This document shows, piece after piece, positions 38,674 through 50,581 of a stretch of DNA of 64,000 nt. This stretch comes from Candidatus Poribacteria bacterium. Lineage in GTDB: Bacteria > Poribacteria > WGA-4E > PCPOR2b. Both the position numbers and the translations under genes were made by a program. The notes beneath the pieces are model-generated. The model was not told where the DNA came from and did no database searches. It saw nothing but the letters and a program-made list of their open reading frames with translations. Each line of letters opens with the position of its first letter. Within the stretch, counting starts at the first letter, position 1. The stretch covers positions 3,360,001-3,424,000 of the forward strand of contig OZ220744.1 in NCBI GenBank assembly GCA_965116925.1, written 5' to 3'.

Positions 38674-39453
38674 CTACCACGTATTGCGGATTGGCACCCC
38701 TTCGCTCTCAAGGTAACGCTTGATATGCTCAATTGAGAATTCGCCGTAATGGGTAATCGAAGCGACAATGGCTGCGTCGGCATTGCTCTCGACGAAGACA
38801 TCGCGGATGTGTTGTGGATTGCCAGCCCCGCCAGATGCAATGACAGGCACCGGGACGAGTGCTGCGATCGCTCCTGTCAGTTCTAGGTCGTATCCCGCTT
38901 TCGTTCCGTCTTGATCAATGCTGTTTGCCACGATTTCACCCGCACCCAATTCCACACCGTGTTGTGCCCACTGGAGCGCGTCTAACCCCATTGGACGACG
39001 ACCTCCATCGATGTAGATTTCAAACCCACTTGGGATTTCATCGCTTTTCGGGACCCGCTTGACCTGCATACTCAATACAACGCACTGACTCCCAAACGCC
39101 TTCGCACCCTCTGCGAGGAGTTGCGGATTCCTCACCGCGCCGGAGTCGATGCTCACCTTCTCCGCTCCCGCAAGGAGGACGCGGCGCATATCATCTAAGG
39201 TTCGAAGCCCACCGCCCACCGAGAAAGGGATGAAGATCTCTGCCGCGACCGCTGAAACGACATCAATCATAATGTCGCGTCTCTCGTTGCTGGCGGTGAT
39301 GTCATAAAACACAAGTTCGTCCACCCCGCCTTCATAGTACGCACGCGCCATCGCGACCGGATCGCCGACATCAATATTGCCTTGAAAAGCAACTCCCTTT
39401 GTGACCTTGCCCGCTCGAACATCGAGACACGGGATAATTCGTTTCGTAATCAT
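38674..39453 (-). CDS. hisF: Imidazole glycerol phosphate synthase cyclase subunit
   Basis: [51 protein letters not shown]. Confidence 0.97.
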   Translation of the reverse strand: MITKRIIPCLDVRAGKVTKGVAFQGNIDVGDPVAMARAYYEGGVDELVFYDITASNERRDIMIDVVSAVAAEIFIPFSVGGGLRTLDDMRRVLLAGAEKVSIDSGAVRNPQLLAEGAKAFGSQCVVLSMQVKRVPKSDEIPSGFEIYIDGGRRPMGLDALQWAQHGVELGAGEIVANSIDQDGTKAGYDLELTGAIAALVPVPVIASGGAGNPQHIRDVFVESNADAAIVASITHYGEFSIEHIKRYLESEGVPIRNTW

Positions 39454-39484
39454 GAAATAATTCTCAATCGTCGATTGGTTATTT

Positions 39485-40951
39485 TCAGTTATCGGTCTTC
39501 AACGTGGACTGATAAATTTTGAACACGCGCAGCTGGTCGATAGCCCGGATAATCCGCGGATCATATTCGTACTCATCTATGTCGTTTTCCGTCTCACGTG
39601 CGATTGCGAGTTTCAATCCAACATCGCTCAAGATAATCCCTTCCGCTGTCAGTGAATCGACCAGCCGTTGGTATTTCCTCAACAGTGAAGCGGCTTCGGT
39701 ATCATCCTTAGAGGCGTGCCGTGCCTTCTCCAACTGAGCGAGGATGTCATCCCCATTACTTTCAATAAAGGCTTGGATCTCTTTATGTTTTCGGAGTTTC
39801 TGCAACATCTGAATTTCAGAACGACTGAACCATGGATCTTCAATGTCAGGGACGATGCCAATTTTATGAATATCAACCCCATTTGGGCTGTAGTAGTGTG
39901 CGACTGTCAGTTTGACGGCGGCACCACCGCTCAGTGTAAAAATTTGCTGTACAGAGGCTTTCCCGAAGGTCTTTTCTCCCATCACCAAGCCACGCCCATG
40001 ATCTTTGATCGCACCGGCAACAATCTCGGACGCGCTTGCGCTGCCACCGTTGACAAGGACGATCAGGGGATAACGTTTTTGCTGTTTGCCTTTCTCTGCG
40101 TTGTATTCTTCGCGCGGTGTCTTGCCTTGCGTATAAACGATCAATTGTCCCGGTCCCACAAAGTCGCTGGCGATCTCAACTGCGGATCGCAGTAAGCCGC
40201 CTGGGTTAGATCGGAGATCTAAAATGAGCCCCTCTATTTCCTGTTGGTTAAAGGTTTCAAACACCTTATCCACATCATTAGCGGTGTTAGCGCGGAATTG
40301 GTTAATCCGTATGTATCCGATATTTTCCTTGAGGACCTTTGATTCGACACTAGGGAATTGGATAACATCACGTGTCAATGTGACTTCCAGCGGTTTCAAT
40401 TCACCTTCGCGAACAATCGTGATGGTGACCTGTGTCCCCGGCTCCCCTCGAAGATGTTCAACAGCATCGGTCGTTGTCATGTTCGTTGTCGATTTGCCTT
40501 CGATTTGGCTAATAATGTCGCCGCTCTGGAGCCCCGCTTTATCGGCGGGCGTTCCCTTGAAGGGGGAGATGATTGTTAGCTGATTATCTCGGATACCGAT
40601 CTCCATGCCGAGTCCACCGTAAGTGCCACGACTCTCCGTGCGAAAGTCCGCATAGTTTTCTGGAGGAAAAAATTGGCTGTATGGATCGAGCGTCCGCAGC
40701 ATCCCTCGAATTGCACCGTACATAAGTGGTTCGGAATCAGGAGAATCTAAGTGATTCTGTTGGATGTGCGCCAATACTTCTGAGAGCAACGATATATTTT
40801 CTAATAGTTTGTCATCTATTATATCTTTGGACGCATTGTTTTCCTCCTGTGTAAGCCCTAGGGTCGGTTGCAACAGCAGGATGAAAACCCAAGCGATGAG
40901 ACACGTCAGTAAATTAAATCTATAGCGTTGATACGATTTCTGCCTTTTCAT
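39485..40951 (-). CDS. ctpA: C-terminal processing protease, S41 family with PDZ
   Basis: [38 protein letters not shown]. Confidence 0.92.
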   Translation of the reverse strand: MKRQKSYQRYRFNLLTCLIAWVFILLLQPTLGLTQEENNASKDIIDDKLLENISLLSEVLAHIQQNHLDSPDSEPLMYGAIRGMLRTLDPYSQFFPPENYADFRTESRGTYGGLGMEIGIRDNQLTIISPFKGTPADKAGLQSGDIISQIEGKSTTNMTTTDAVEHLRGEPGTQVTITIVREGELKPLEVTLTRDVIQFPSVESKVLKENIGYIRINQFRANTANDVDKVFETFNQQEIEGLILDLRSNPGGLLRSAVEIASDFVGPGQLIVYTQGKTPREEYNAEKGKQQKRYPLIVLVNGGSASASEIVAGAIKDHGRGLVMGEKTFGKASVQQIFTLSGGAAVKLTVAHYYSPNGVDIHKIGIVPDIEDPWFSRSEIQMLQKLRKHKEIQAFIESNGDDILAQLEKARHASKDDTEAASLLRKYQRLVDSLTAEGIILSDVGLKLAIARETENDIDEYEYDPRIIRAIDQLRVFKIYQSTLKTDN

Positions 40952-40959
40952 GGTGACTG

Positions 40960-41439
40960 TTATCCCGTCCTGAAAAAAAAGTGATATAAACGTCTGCTGT
41001 AGGATACACGAAACGCAATGTATGCCGAAACCACATAAAAGAGCAGGTCAATCCACTCCATGCGTTGGCGCATGAGTTGCCACACTGATGCGTCGTATCC
41101 AGTCGTCTCAACCATTTTTGGTTGATCTAACGGTGTATTCTCGATGATTGCGACCGTTACTGTTTGAGGGGCGTTCCATTGAACATCGAGATATTTGCCG
41201 AGCAGGATGCCAACAACAGCAAACAGTGCAGCAACTAGGCTGATAGAGACTTGCCGCGACCTGCCTACCAGTAACACGCCGATTCCTGTGAAGATACCGA
41301 TAGCAAGCGCAACCCACCCGGCAGTAAGCCCGGTCCATTGAATATATTTAGCCCAAAGCGCGCCCCCCAGCAACGCACCAACTAGCCCACCTAACGGTGC
41401 GAATGGGAGATGGCGTGGGGATTTATATGTATTGTCCAT
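40960..41439 (-). CDS. Hypothetical membrane protein
   Basis: About 4 hydrophobic helices; in operon context. Confidence 0.7.
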   Translation of the reverse strand: MDNTYKSPRHLPFAPLGGLVGALLGGALWAKYIQWTGLTAGWVALAIGIFTGIGVLLVGRSRQVSISLVAALFAVVGILLGKYLDVQWNAPQTVTVAIIENTPLDQPKMVETTGYDASVWQLMRQRMEWIDLLFYVVSAYIAFRVSYSRRLYHFFFRTG

Positions 41440-41493
41440 TGTGCTTGACCTTTCTGAGGAGAATCAGATACACAGATCTACCATTCTGCTTAT

Positions 41494-42312
41494 CTAGCTA
41501 TCCTCGTCCTGTGAGGCAGCCAGTTGTGCACGGAGTTGTTCTAATTCCAACTCTACCTGTTGGCGGCGGTGTGCTTCCTGTTGGGCGCGTGCTTCTGCCT
41601 CGTGTCTGCGCTCGATTTCTGTTTGGGCAAGTGCTTGTGCCTCCTTTCGCAGCTGCATCTCCTCTGCGGAGGTGGTGATTGGAGTCCCATCAGGTAGATA
41701 GGGTCGTAAAAGCCGCACGTTGCCGATGTAGTCTTCCCAACGGAGCCATAGATTCAAACTATGACTAAATAATCCCCCTTCGGCATCGGGTTGGATACCT
41801 TCAATCTCACCGGCGGGACTTCGACGCCAACCGTGAAATTCTGGCGGTTTGTCTCCTTCGGGTTGATGGATAAAATACTCCGCTACTCCGATGTCAACGA
41901 GGTATTGCTTTAGCTTTGCCCCACGGTCCTGCGCGGCGGTGGAATCGGAAAGGAACTCAAACACGACCGTCGGCAAAGCCCCCTCTGCCCAGGTGTAGAA
42001 ACTGCGTCGCTCTGGATACTTCTCCGCACCCAAGACAACGTAGATGTCCGGGGCAACGAATTTGGTTCGGTTCCCTTCGTAATAGTAGATAAAACTGTCA
42101 ATACCGATGTAGACAGCCGATTCGGTGCTAAAATAACGCGCAAGTTGGTCGCTGAAGGTCCGAATCTGCACGCCGTGGAATCCGGTTGCAGCCATTGGCT
42201 CATCGTCCTCCGAGGGATAGCCCTCAATATAAACCGTGGGCTTGCCGGTGGCTCTTGGAAAGACCGGCATATATTTCTTTCGCTTGAAATTAAAATCCTT
42301 TACGGTGTCCAT
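41494..42312 (-). CDS. Uma2 (DUF820) family PD-(D/E)xK endonuclease-like protein
   Basis: EPMA, APDIYVV, VVFEFLS, AEYF; coiled-coil tail. Confidence 0.88.
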   Translation of the reverse strand: MDTVKDFNFKRKKYMPVFPRATGKPTVYIEGYPSEDDEPMAATGFHGVQIRTFSDQLARYFSTESAVYIGIDSFIYYYEGNRTKFVAPDIYVVLGAEKYPERRSFYTWAEGALPTVVFEFLSDSTAAQDRGAKLKQYLVDIGVAEYFIHQPEGDKPPEFHGWRRSPAGEIEGIQPDAEGGLFSHSLNLWLRWEDYIGNVRLLRPYLPDGTPITTSAEEMQLRKEAQALAQTEIERRHEAEARAQQEAHRRQQVELELEQLRAQLAASQDEDS

Positions 42313-42490
42313 GAGTCCCCTCCATGTTCACAAATCCCCCATCAAGTTGAGGGCGAATTTGGTCGCTTGCGATAGTGAGACACAATTGGTATTTGAAACC
42401 GTAGAGACGTGGCTCTACGTGACAAAAACTCGGTTGCGTTGTCCGCCTTTTTTCCATGAGCGATCCTATCTATGCACACCCTTAGCTTGT

Positions 42491-43372
42491 CTAGCTGGTC
42501 TCGTCTTTTAAAGCAGCGAGTTGTGCACGGAGTTGTTCTAATTCGGACTCTATCTGTTGGCGGCGTTGTGCTTCCTGTTGGGCGCGTGCTTCTGCACGTT
42601 GTCGTCCCTGTGCTTCCTGTTGAGCGCGCGTTTCTGCCTGTTGCGCTGTAAACTCTGCCTCGTGTCTGCGCTCGGTTTCTGCTTGGGCAAATGCTTGTGC
42701 CTCCTCTCGGAGCTGTACCTCCTCTGCGGAGGTGGGAATTGGTGTCCCATCAGGTAGATAGGGTCGCAAAAGCCGCACGTTGCCGATGTAGTCTTCCCAA
42801 CGGAGCCATAGATTCAAACTATGACTAAATAATCCCCCTTCGGCATCGGGTCGGATACCTTCAATCTCACCGGCGGGACTTCGACGCCAGCCATGAAATT
42901 CTGGCGGTTTATCCCCTTCGGGTTGATGGATAAAATACTCCGCCACCCCGATGTCAATGAGGTATTGTTTCAGTTTCGCTCCACGGTCCTGAGCGGCGGT
43001 GGAGTCGGAAAGGAACTCGAACACGACCGTTGGCAGAGCCCCCTCTGCCCAGGTGTAGAAACTCCGTCGCTCTGGGTACTTCTCCGCACCCAAGACAACG
43101 TAGATGTCCGGAGCAACGAATTTGGTTTGATCTCCTTCGTAATAGTAGATAAAGCTGTCAATACCAATATGGACAGCCGATTCGGTGCTAAAGTAACGCG
43201 CAAGTTGGTCGCTAAGGGTCAGAATCTGGACGCCGTGGAATCCGGTTGCAGCCATTGGCTCATCGTCCTCCGAGGGGTAGCCCTCAATATAAACCGTGGG
43301 CTTGCCGGTGGCTCTTGGAAAGACCGGCATATATTTCTCTCGCTTGAAATCATAACTGTTTAAGACATCCAT
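42491..43372 (-). CDS. Uma2 (DUF820) family protein, tandem paralog
   Basis: Near-identical to 41494-42312 with a longer coiled-coil tail. Confidence 0.88.
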   Translation of the reverse strand: MDVLNSYDFKREKYMPVFPRATGKPTVYIEGYPSEDDEPMAATGFHGVQILTLSDQLARYFSTESAVHIGIDSFIYYYEGDQTKFVAPDIYVVLGAEKYPERRSFYTWAEGALPTVVFEFLSDSTAAQDRGAKLKQYLIDIGVAEYFIHQPEGDKPPEFHGWRRSPAGEIEGIRPDAEGGLFSHSLNLWLRWEDYIGNVRLLRPYLPDGTPIPTSAEEVQLREEAQAFAQAETERRHEAEFTAQQAETRAQQEAQGRQRAEARAQQEAQRRQQIESELEQLRAQLAALKDETS

Positions 43373-43402
43373 GAGTCCCCTCCACGTTCTACAGAGTCCT
43401 TA

Positions 43403-44872
43403 TCAAGTTGAGGATAGATCCGGTCGCTTTCGATGGTGGTCGGTATTCTGCTCAAAAGTATACGCCACCCGTAGGATTTTCTCCTCCTCAAACGGGGCGG
43501 CAAGGATTTGCAAGCCGATCGGTAAATCGTCCTGCGTCAAACCGCACGGTATGGAAATCCCCGGTAGCCCTGCGAGGCTCGCCGGCGTTGTCAGGACATC
43601 GGAGAGATACATCTGCAACGGATCCGCTGTCCGTTCCCCAATCTTGAACGCTGCTGTCGGTGAGGTCGGTGTCACGACCACATCGACCTGCTCAAAGGCG
43701 TTATCAAAATCGGATTTAATCAGCGTTCTTACCTTTTGTGCCTTTAGGTAGTAGGCATCGTAGTATCCCGAACTGAGCGCGTAAGTGCCGAGCATGATAC
43801 GGCGCTTAACCTCTTCGCCAAAACCTTCGCTCCGCGTCTTTCTATACATATCACCCAATTCTTCAGCGTTTGTTGCACGGAAACCGTATCGGACGCCGTC
43901 GTACCGCGCTAGATTCGCACTCGCTTCAGCGGGAGCGATAATGTAATATGTTGCCATTGCGTAGTCGGTATGGGGCAGAGAGACCTCTTCAATAATCGCT
44001 CCACCCGCTTGAAGTACCTCAATCGCACTCCGGACGCTTTCCTCTACATCTGGATCAATTCCTGCCGTGAAATACTCTTTTGGGATACCAACTTTGACCC
44101 CTTCAAGGTCGTTAATCAAGGATTTGGTAAAATCTGGGACGGGTAGATTTGCTGAGGTCGAATCCATCGGATCATGTCCGCAGATTGCGTTGAGCAGTAG
44201 GGCGCAGTCGGTTACATCCTTTGAGAACGGTCCAATCTGATCCAAAGACGATGCGAACGCCACCAACCCAAACCGTGAGGCGCGCCCGTAGGTTGGCTTC
44301 ATCCCCACGACGCCGCATAGGGCAGCAGGCTGCCGAATCGAGCCGCCGGTGTCTGATCCGAGCGAGCAGATCGCTTCGCCTGCAGCGACAACCGCCGAGG
44401 AGCCGCCGCTTGACCCACCGGGAATCGTTTCCAGATTCCACGGATTACGCGTGTTCTGGTACGCCGAGTTCTCCGTTGATGACCCCATCGCGAACTCGTC
44501 CATGTTCGTTTTGCCGAGCATCACGGCTCCCTGCTGATGGAGTTTCGTCATCACCGTTGCATCGTAGGGGGAGACGAAATTTCCCAAGATTTCGGAGCCG
44601 CACGTTGTCAACACGCCTTTGGTGCAGATCACATCCTTAATCGCGATCGGGATGCCTGCCAACGGAGGCATTTCATCGCCGCGCTGAAAGCCTGCGTCCA
44701 CGGCTGCGGCACTCTCAAGCGCAATATCTTCGGTCAGTGTTAGGTAACCTTTTATCTGTTCTTCGACCGCACCGATTCGGTCATACATCGACTGCGTCAG
44801 TTCGAGGGCGGTAATCTCCCGCTCTTTCAATTTCTCATGAAGTTCGTGGGCTGTTAGTTCATATAACGGCAT
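43403..44872 (-). CDS. gatA: Asp/Glu-tRNA amidotransferase subunit A
   Basis: [47 protein letters not shown]. Confidence 0.97.
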   Translation of the reverse strand: MPLYELTAHELHEKLKEREITALELTQSMYDRIGAVEEQIKGYLTLTEDIALESAAAVDAGFQRGDEMPPLAGIPIAIKDVICTKGVLTTCGSEILGNFVSPYDATVMTKLHQQGAVMLGKTNMDEFAMGSSTENSAYQNTRNPWNLETIPGGSSGGSSAVVAAGEAICSLGSDTGGSIRQPAALCGVVGMKPTYGRASRFGLVAFASSLDQIGPFSKDVTDCALLLNAICGHDPMDSTSANLPVPDFTKSLINDLEGVKVGIPKEYFTAGIDPDVEESVRSAIEVLQAGGAIIEEVSLPHTDYAMATYYIIAPAEASANLARYDGVRYGFRATNAEELGDMYRKTRSEGFGEEVKRRIMLGTYALSSGYYDAYYLKAQKVRTLIKSDFDNAFEQVDVVVTPTSPTAAFKIGERTADPLQMYLSDVLTTPASLAGLPGISIPCGLTQDDLPIGLQILAAPFEEEKILRVAYTFEQNTDHHRKRPDLSST

Positions 44873-44888
44873 GAAACATTTGCTCCTT

Positions 44889-45179
44889 TTACTCAATCAC
44901 CTTCGGCACCTCAAAGTATCCCTCTTCCACACTCGGAGCCCCTTCCAAAACAGTGTCTCGGTCGTATGAGGACTTAGCGAGATCTTCTTTGACGACATTG
45001 CGGAGTGGGAGGGGGTGCGACGTCGGCGGCACATCCGTCGTATCCAATTCGTTCAATTTTCCGATATAGTCCAAAATCCGAGCGAGTTGATGCGTGAACT
45101 GCTCTATATCTTCCTCGTTAAATTCGAGACGTGCAAGGGTTGCAACGTGCTGCACGTCGTCGGTAGTAATTGTTGCCAT
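44889..45179 (-). CDS. gatC: Asp/Glu-tRNA amidotransferase subunit C
   Basis: [10 protein letters not shown]...LNELDT..VPPTSH...FEVPKVIE; directly upstream of gatA. Confidence 0.95.
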   Translation of the reverse strand: MATITTDDVQHVATLARLEFNEEDIEQFTHQLARILDYIGKLNELDTTDVPPTSHPLPLRNVVKEDLAKSSYDRDTVLEGAPSVEEGYFEVPKVIE

Positions 45180-45200
45180 TTGATCCTCCCTATTCCTGCA

Positions 45201-45310
45201 TTATAGTAGATTTTAGAATTAATGGGACACGCCGAACCGGCGCAGTTGGAAACAGCGCCTACCAAACATGGGGGGCGCAAGTGTTTCTTTATTTTTTGAA
45301 TTCACTATAA
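45201..45310. mobile_element. Miniature element C
   Basis: TTATAGTAGATTTTAGAATT...GGCGCAGTTGGAAACAGCGCCTAC...GAATTCACTATAA. Confidence 0.78.
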
Positions 45311-45342
45311 ATTATGTTTAGGCTAGATGGGCTTTCCTTGCT

Positions 45343-47484
45343 TCAACCCACCCGCTGCAACCGCGCATGTGCCGCAGCGAGGACTTTCTCGGATCCGCGT
45401 TCAAACCGCACGGTGATCCGCATATCAAATCCATACCCACTGATAGCAGTAATCTTTCCTCTCCCAAACTGCCCGTGATATACAACGTCCCCAACGTCGT
45501 AAGGGAATGAAACTTCCTCCTCAAAATCGGGTTCATCGGGATCATAGGACGAAACCACCGGTCGCCGCGGCGATTCATGGGGAGTCCCCTGATCAATCAG
45601 TTCAGTTGGAATCTCCTCAATGAAGCGCGAAGGGATACGATAATCGATGTCCCGATACAACCGCCGTGAACGGGCGTAAGTCAGGTAGACATGCTCCTGT
45701 GCGCGTGTAATTCCAACGTAACACAGTCTCCGCTCCTCCTCAAGTTCGGCTTCGCTGTCGTAAGAACGTTGATGCGGTAGCAATCCTTCTTCGATTCCGA
45801 CCATAAAGACAATCGGAAATTCCAACCCCTTTGCGCTGTGCAGCGTCATCATTGTCACCACATCGCTCTTATCCTCCATACTGTCGATATCGGAAGCCAA
45901 CGTAATCTTTTCCAAGAAACCCGCCAACGTCGGCTCTGGTTCACTTTCCTCGTATTCCGCAACCGCGGCCATTAACTCTTGGAGGTTCTCTTCGCGGCTC
46001 TGTGCCTCAATGGAGCCTTCGCTTCGCAAGGTGCGTAAGTAGTCAGAACGATCGAGTAAATCTTCCGCTGTGCGTGCTGGCGGATCGTTTGGACTGAACG
46101 ACGCGATTAATTCAGCGAATGCCCTTACCTTGTTTTTCGCCCCATTGTTGAGTGTCGATACCTCCCCAACCCGCTGAATCGCTTCAAATAGCGGGATACC
46201 TTCTTCATAAGCAAAATCCTCGATTTTCTGTATCGTCGCAACACCGATCCCACGGCGCGGCACATTGATGATACGCTTGATGCTTACCGTATCGGCGGGA
46301 TTGACAATCACCCGCATATAAGCGATGATGTCTTTGACCTCCATCCGTTCATAGAATCGGATGCCGCCCACGATCTGATACGGGATATTTGCGCCGCGTA
46401 GCGCGTCCTCAAATGTACGGGATTGGGCGTTAATCCGATAAAAAATGACGCAGTCGCCGTATTTCCGCCTACGCCCTCGCCACTCCCGAATCTGCCGCAG
46501 CACATAGTCCGCCTCGCTGAGGTCTTCCGTCGCTTCATGGAGGGTGATTGCGTTCCCTCTCTTGTTCTCTGTCCACATCTGCTTTTCCTTGCGTCTCTGA
46601 TTGTTGTGGATGACATGATAGGCGGCATCAAGAATATTTTTCGTGGAACGATAGTTCTGTTCTAAGCGCAAAACCTTCGTGTTTGAATAGTCCTTCTCGA
46701 AATCAAGGATGTTGTTGATATCCGCGCCCCTAAATGCGTAAATGCTTTGGTCGTCGTCCCCCACGACGCAGATGTTCTGGTGTTTCTGTGCCAACGCATT
46801 GACAAGCAGATATTGACCACGATTGGTGTCCTGATACTCATCAACGAGGATGTACCGAAACTTGTCCTGATAGTACGCCAATACATTCGGGTTTGACTCA
46901 AACAACTCGACGGTCAACTTGATCAGGTCATCAAAATCGAGAGCGTTGTTTTCGCGGAGGAAATCTTGATACACCGGATAGATCTCTGCGACGGCTGCCT
47001 CGAAAAACCCGACTATGCGCTTCGTATAATCTTCAGGCGAGATAAAATCGCTCTTGGCTCTGCTAATCTCTCCGATGACGGGTCCCGGATTATTCAGTGA
47101 AAGTTGAAGCGTCTTGATTAGTTCTTTAATCAGGGTTCGCTGATCTGAGGTATCGTAGATTGTAAATGAGCGTTCATAGCCGAGATGATGAATGTCCCGT
47201 CGTAGAATCTGAGCACATGTCGAATGGAAGGTTGCCACCCACAGCTGGCTCTGACCGATGAGATTTTCAAGACGGGTTCTCATCTCTTCCGCAGCTTTGT
47301 TTGTGAACGTCACCGCGAGAATATTATATGGGGAAACGCCGTGGTGACGGATGAGGTAGGCAATTCGATGGGTAATCACGCGGGTCTTACCGCTGCCCGC
47401 ACCGGACAGGATGAGCAGTGGTCCTTCGGTGTGCTGTACCGCTTCGCGCTGAACGGGATTCAAGGATTCGAGGAGATCGGTCAT
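45343..47484 (-). CDS. pcrA: ATP-dependent DNA helicase PcrA/UvrD
   Basis: GAGSGKT, VTFTNKAA, VDEYQD, VGDDDQSIY, LEQNYRS, TLHSAKGLEF, EERRLCYVGITRA. Confidence 0.96.
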   Translation of the reverse strand: MTDLLESLNPVQREAVQHTEGPLLILSGAGSGKTRVITHRIAYLIRHHGVSPYNILAVTFTNKAAEEMRTRLENLIGQSQLWVATFHSTCAQILRRDIHHLGYERSFTIYDTSDQRTLIKELIKTLQLSLNNPGPVIGEISRAKSDFISPEDYTKRIVGFFEAAVAEIYPVYQDFLRENNALDFDDLIKLTVELFESNPNVLAYYQDKFRYILVDEYQDTNRGQYLLVNALAQKHQNICVVGDDDQSIYAFRGADINNILDFEKDYSNTKVLRLEQNYRSTKNILDAAYHVIHNNQRRKEKQMWTENKRGNAITLHEATEDLSEADYVLRQIREWRGRRRKYGDCVIFYRINAQSRTFEDALRGANIPYQIVGGIRFYERMEVKDIIAYMRVIVNPADTVSIKRIINVPRRGIGVATIQKIEDFAYEEGIPLFEAIQRVGEVSTLNNGAKNKVRAFAELIASFSPNDPPARTAEDLLDRSDYLRTLRSEGSIEAQSREENLQELMAAVAEYEESEPEPTLAGFLEKITLASDIDSMEDKSDVVTMMTLHSAKGLEFPIVFMVGIEEGLLPHQRSYDSEAELEEERRLCYVGITRAQEHVYLTYARSRRLYRDIDYRIPSRFIEEIPTELIDQGTPHESPRRPVVSSYDPDEPDFEEEVSFPYDVGDVVYHGQFGRGKITAISGYGFDMRITVRFERGSEKVLAAAHARLQRVG

Positions 47485-47685
47485 GAAAAGTTCCTTCCGA
47501 ATAAAGAAGTATGGCACGATTTTTTCAAGTGTTAAGTATAAACGATCCGCTGCATATTGGCAAGGTAGAAATTCATAGAGTGTAGTGAGATTTAATTCTC
47601 TACTTTAACACAGGGAATCAGGTGTGATAAAATAAGGTAGTAGGCATACTCCGTATGCCGTAACTCGCGTAAAAAGGGCAGAACC

Positions 47686-50085
47686 ATGAAATCAAATCTC
47701 TCAAAACACCTCAAACCTACCATAAAAAGCCTCATTATCGTCTCAGGTCCCCTGATAACAGCGTTCGCTCTGCTGCTGTTGCACGAAGTCCACGATAGGA
47801 GCAAATTGGTTTCACCGCCGGCGACACCGATTTTTACCGATCGATACGGCACCTTCTTGGCAGAGGGAACTGCCGACGAGGACGCACCACTCGGCTTTTG
47901 GGATCCGCCGGAGGCTTCGCCCAAGCGGATCGTTTCATGCCTGTTAGCGGTCGAGGACAAGCGGTATTACGAGCATTTTGGCGTCGATTTCCGTTCCCTT
48001 CTTCGGGCATTGGTGAATAACCTCAGCGGTGGACCGCGGCAGGGTGCCTCGACGATTGCGATGCAGGTGGCGCGACTACAACGCCCCGGAAAACGAACCC
48101 TCTGGAAAAAAGCGTGTGAAATGGGCACGGCGGTATGGCTCAACCGAAAGTTCGGTCATGAAAACGTGCTGCGGCACTACCTGAAAATTGTCCCTCAAGG
48201 TAATCGTATTCACGGCGTTGCCTATGCAGCGAGACGGTACTTCCAGAAACCCTTAGCAGATCTGAGCTGGGCGGAAGCGGCGGTATTGGCGAGCCTCCCC
48301 AGAGCACCGGGCAGAATGAACCTTTACCAGTTTGAGGGGCGGCGAAAAGCGTTTGAGCGTGCGAAACTGATTCTCAATCTGCTCCATAAGAGCGGGACAC
48401 TCGATGCAGCCAACCTTGCAATCAGCCAGCGCCAGCTAAAGTCCTTGAAAATCCCCGTTAAGGAATCGCGACCGTACCACAGCTACCACGCTATTCTACG
48501 TCTCCAAGAAGCGGTCAACGGAGCTGCAGTCTATACCAAACCGGTATCCACTACTTTAGACCTTCCCCTTCAGGAAGTGGTGGATAGCATTGCCGGCGAA
48601 GCGATGGAGCATCTCCGTCAACGCGGCGCGGGCAATCTGGCTGTTATTGTGGCGGAGCGAGAGACGGGTGCGATTCGGAGTTATCTGGGCTCCGATTTTT
48701 ACGCCGATGAGGACTTCGCCGGTGCCATCAATTATGCGACAACCCCACGATCTGCCGGCAGCACCCTGAAGCCTTTTATCTATGCTTTGGGTATGGAGAC
48801 CGGAGCGTTCTCCCCCGCCAGCGTCTTGGGGGATCTCCCGTTCAATCTATCGCATTCGACGGGTCAGTACAGCGTGGCCAACTATGATGAGCGTCATCTC
48901 GGACCGATGCTCTATCGGAAGGCACTTGCCAATAGCCGAAATGTCCCGGCAGTTCATGTCCTGAAGACGGTAGGGCTAGCGAAGACATACGATCTGTTTC
49001 GTCAGTTGGGACTCGCAAAGGACGACAGATCTGCCAGTGTGTATGGGCTTGGTTTGGCAATTGGTGGGCTTTACGTCACTTTGGAGGATCTTGTCGCCGC
49101 TTATGGCGTGTTAGGGGTCGATGGCAGGGGGTTTAGGTTGCGCTGGTTTGAAACCGCTGATGAAGAGGCACCGTCGCAGCTTATCCCTGAAGATGTGGCT
49201 CGGCAGATCACCCTCTTTCTCTCCGACCCGCTAGCACGGTTGCCCACTTTCGCTCGCATGGGACCGTTGGAGTATCCCTTCCCCGTGGCGGTGAAAACTG
49301 GCACATCTCAGGGATTCCGAGATGCGTGGGCGGTGGCTTACAGCTCAAAATACATCGTCGGTACGTGGATTGGGCACCCGAATCATGATCGGATGAAACA
49401 GGTGAGTGGCCTTGACGCAGCGCAGCTGGTAAAAGGGATTCTACTCTTCTTGCACCCCAAAGAACGGCGGGGTGTAGACGAAAAGCCGTTTCCACCGCCC
49501 CAACTGCGTCAGGATTCAGAGGATTCTGTGGACTATCAGTTGGTGAAACTCTGTCCGCTGTCGGGGGAGCTTACAACTGAGGCATGTTCTGAGGTTGTTC
49601 CGGAATATCTCCCCCTTGGGACCGAAGCGAGGACCGCCTGCCGCGTCCACCAATCCTTTGCAGTTGACCGACGAACAGGAACACTGGCGGGTCCCATGAC
49701 ACCTCCAGAGTGGGTCGAAATTAGGAGTTATGCTGTCCTACCGCCACAGCTCGCGGCTTGGGGGGCAATACACGGCTACGGTCCCTCGCCATCGCCCTCC
49801 TCCGAATCGCCATACGCTGGCATCGCCATTGAGGAGCCGATTGATGGGAGTGTCTTTCGGTTTCATCCAGATACCCCACAGCAGTTGCAGAGCATCGCAC
49901 TCAGAGCCAACGTTACCCCCGCTGTTCCTGAGATTATCTGGTATGTGGATGGGGAACCCTTTCAAAAGGTGGCATATCCCTACACAACGCGATGGCAGCT
50001 TCGCGCAGGTTCGCACGCGCTGCAAGCCCGTTTCCCTCACGCCGATATACAGAGCGGTATTATCACGATTACCGTTGCTCCGTAG
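47686..50085 (+). CDS. pbpC: Penicillin-binding protein 1C
   Basis: Transglycosylase EDKRYYEHFGVD and GASTIAMQVAR; transpeptidase STLK, SRN, KTG; C-terminal WYVDG domain. Confidence 0.88.
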   Translation: MKSNLSKHLKPTIKSLIIVSGPLITAFALLLLHEVHDRSKLVSPPATPIFTDRYGTFLAEGTADEDAPLGFWDPPEASPKRIVSCLLAVEDKRYYEHFGVDFRSLLRALVNNLSGGPRQGASTIAMQVARLQRPGKRTLWKKACEMGTAVWLNRKFGHENVLRHYLKIVPQGNRIHGVAYAARRYFQKPLADLSWAEAAVLASLPRAPGRMNLYQFEGRRKAFERAKLILNLLHKSGTLDAANLAISQRQLKSLKIPVKESRPYHSYHAILRLQEAVNGAAVYTKPVSTTLDLPLQEVVDSIAGEAMEHLRQRGAGNLAVIVAERETGAIRSYLGSDFYADEDFAGAINYATTPRSAGSTLKPFIYALGMETGAFSPASVLGDLPFNLSHSTGQYSVANYDERHLGPMLYRKALANSRNVPAVHVLKTVGLAKTYDLFRQLGLAKDDRSASVYGLGLAIGGLYVTLEDLVAAYGVLGVDGRGFRLRWFETADEEAPSQLIPEDVARQITLFLSDPLARLPTFARMGPLEYPFPVAVKTGTSQGFRDAWAVAYSSKYIVGTWIGHPNHDRMKQVSGLDAAQLVKGILLFLHPKERRGVDEKPFPPPQLRQDSEDSVDYQLVKLCPLSGELTTEACSEVVPEYLPLGTEARTACRVHQSFAVDRRTGTLAGPMTPPEWVEIRSYAVLPPQLAAWGAIHGYGPSPSPSSESPYAGIAIEEPIDGSVFRFHPDTPQQLQSIALRANVTPAVPEIIWYVDGEPFQKVAYPYTTRWQLRAGSHALQARFPHADIQSGIITITVAP

Positions 50086-50581
50086 CAATATGTGTGGGAC
50101 AAAGGCGATTGTTATAGCGCACCCCTTTGTATAGTAGTAGGTATACGCTGTAGGCCGTAACTCCAGCAGTGTGCAGTGTAGAGGAGCCATCAGCTCAATC
50201 AACCAACATAGCCCCAGCGGGGCAACATGTATATAGCAATGCTGCATCCCTATACACCCAAGCCCCAGCGGGGCGACATGTGTAAGTAACGGTGCTGCCT
50301 CCAATAGGTTGGAAAACTATGGTGAATGCGAAAAATAAATAGACACTTTCACCCCTCAGTTTCGATTCCCCTGACAAATCGGGGTAAACTAATTATCGGG
50401 GCCGGTAGGTGCGGTTTCCCCCCGCACCGGACATCGCTCGGAAATTACCGAATTAATATTTTAATCTTCATACAGATTGTGATACAAAGGCGGTTAGGTT
50501 GCGGTGTGTAAACGCAAAATGGGCGAGGTGACCTCTCTCCTACGAGATTGTGGGTTCACTTACAGAAAGGGAACATTCTAT

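Noticed and set aside
41494..43372. Assembly artefact duplication of Uma2
   Set aside because: Copies differ by many substitutions and indels, consistent with real paralogs.
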